In this document: positions 62,567 to 64,000 of the stretch, piece by piece
Position numbering within the stretch: the first letter of the stretch is position 1
Layout: the number at the start of each line of letters is the position of its first letter
Assembly: GCF_018350175.1 (NCBI RefSeq)
Contig: NC_058373.1
Span: forward strand, 108,874,001-108,938,000
Source of the DNA: Felis catus
Lineage: Eukaryota
Direction: 5' to 3'
Length of the DNA: 64,000 bases
Notes under the pieces: model-generated
What the model was told of the DNA's origin: nothing
Database searches by the model: none
What the model saw: only the letters and a program-made list of their open reading frames with translations
Program-made: the position numbers and the translations under genes

Positions 62567-64000
62567 CGAGTCTGTTTTTAAATACTATTTTGTACTGCCT
62601 CCTCTCTGATTTATAAAGATCTTCAGTGAATAATGAGGGCTGTGAGAAGAATTAAAAATAGAGTAGATTAGATCAATAATTTTGTCTTATTTTAATGTAG
62701 TTTATTTGAAATTTAATATGAAATAGTGTGAATGTTTTAATGTGGGTGTACATATACATGTATATAAAACTACACATATACAGATTCTTGAGAGAAAGAA
62801 AAAAAAGCCTCTTAGTTGTAAAATAGGTAAATCTTGTCATGGGTGACTTTGGTGATTTCATATCTACCCATGTAGGCCAATACTTTGGGCTATTGGAGAA
62901 GAAGTTTCTTGGAAGCCAAAATGAGAGTGTTCTTCAAAACAAAAAGTGGATGCCATTTGTATTGCTTGCTCTCTGTTCCTATTCACTGGATACTTAGAGA
63001 AATAAAGTGACAATGAGTTGAAGTAAAAGTCAAGTTTGCTAGCATTTTCATTCAAAGAAGAATTCTTCAAAAAGATGAAAATAGAAGAAAAAATGAAATT
63101 CATTCTTACTGCTAATGAAATGTTTTCTTGATGTCAAGCAGTATCTGTTTGGAAGAAAACAACTTGGACTTAACCAGAAATTCAAAATATGGTGCATTTC
63201 CAACCTGGTAATTGGGCTGATGTGAGATGTCACAAACAGTGATTGTTACAATGGCCTGGCTCTTAAATGCACACTCTGGATTAAATGGTACCTGAATGGT
63301 GAGGGCACCACTCGGCGGTCTTGGCTAATCTATGTGAAACGATGGCACTAGGGAAGCCATTTCTGTTGGCTCTGAGTAAAGCCTGCCCCTATGCACCTGT
63401 GAGAAAGGCAGGTGTGTTGTTTTGTTTTGTTTTGTTTTGTTTCATTTTGTTTTGTTTTCATAGATCTGATTTTAAAAATAAGGTTAAAAGATGACAGCTG
63501 TGAGAAAAATGAAGCTATTCTCTGGAGAGTAGCTGCCTTGTGGGATAAGGGAAACTGCTCTTGGAAGCCAGCCCTGAGGCACTTTATTAGTCAGGTGTCA
63601 AAGGAGAGCTGCCTGTTCTAGAACTTGGGCTGAAAAGTTTCCTTTTAATCCTCTCTTAGGCAATATAATTTTTTACTTTCAAAAAATAATCTCTCTGGCA
63701 GTATGTTCATTTGACATTTGGTCAACAAATATTCTTGAGCAATTACTAAAATAACGGCATTGCTAATGTGCACCTGAAAAACTAAATGACTTTGTAAATT
63801 AAGGGTATTTTGATGTACCATGACCACAAAGAGTTTTAATTCAGCTTTTAGCATTTCTATACACATATGAATAGACCATTACTGTAACTAAGGTCATTTG
63901 GTGGTGCTACTTAGGGATACCAAAAAATCTTCCCATGAATAACGTTTCAAATCCAAATATATTTCACAAACTCCTGTTTTGTACAAAATATGTATACTAG

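Noticed and set aside
63292..63396. 105-nt minus-strand exon-like segment (ctttctcacag|G ... CAG|gtacca)
   Set aside because: Stop codons in all three frames and no partner exons; could only be non-coding, and there is no transcript evidence.

Overview
This is AT-rich, CpG-poor mammalian genomic DNA from a carnivore, very likely a felid, because the youngest SINEs match the cat-type SINEC_Fc pattern. I found no intact protein-coding gene, RNA gene, CpG island or CRISPR array. The listed ORFs are mostly chance frames or repeat-derived. The window is intergenic or deep intronic and dominated by transposable elements: about 19 Can-SINEs, L1 copies including a TSD-bounded, near full-length ~6.5 kb carnivore L1, L2/MIR relics, MaLR/ERVL/ERV1 LTRs and one two-LTR MaLR provirus. 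Two processed pseudogenes are recognisable. PTP4A1/PRL-1 (minus strand) retains its long 5'UTR and a decayed upstream ORF. RPLP1 (plus strand) is split by a SINE and fused head-to-head to an L1 3' end. I see no support for a novel functional system; the notable signals are retrotransposition and DNA-repair scars. Subfamily names come from recall of consensus sequences, and boundaries of old repeats are approximate.
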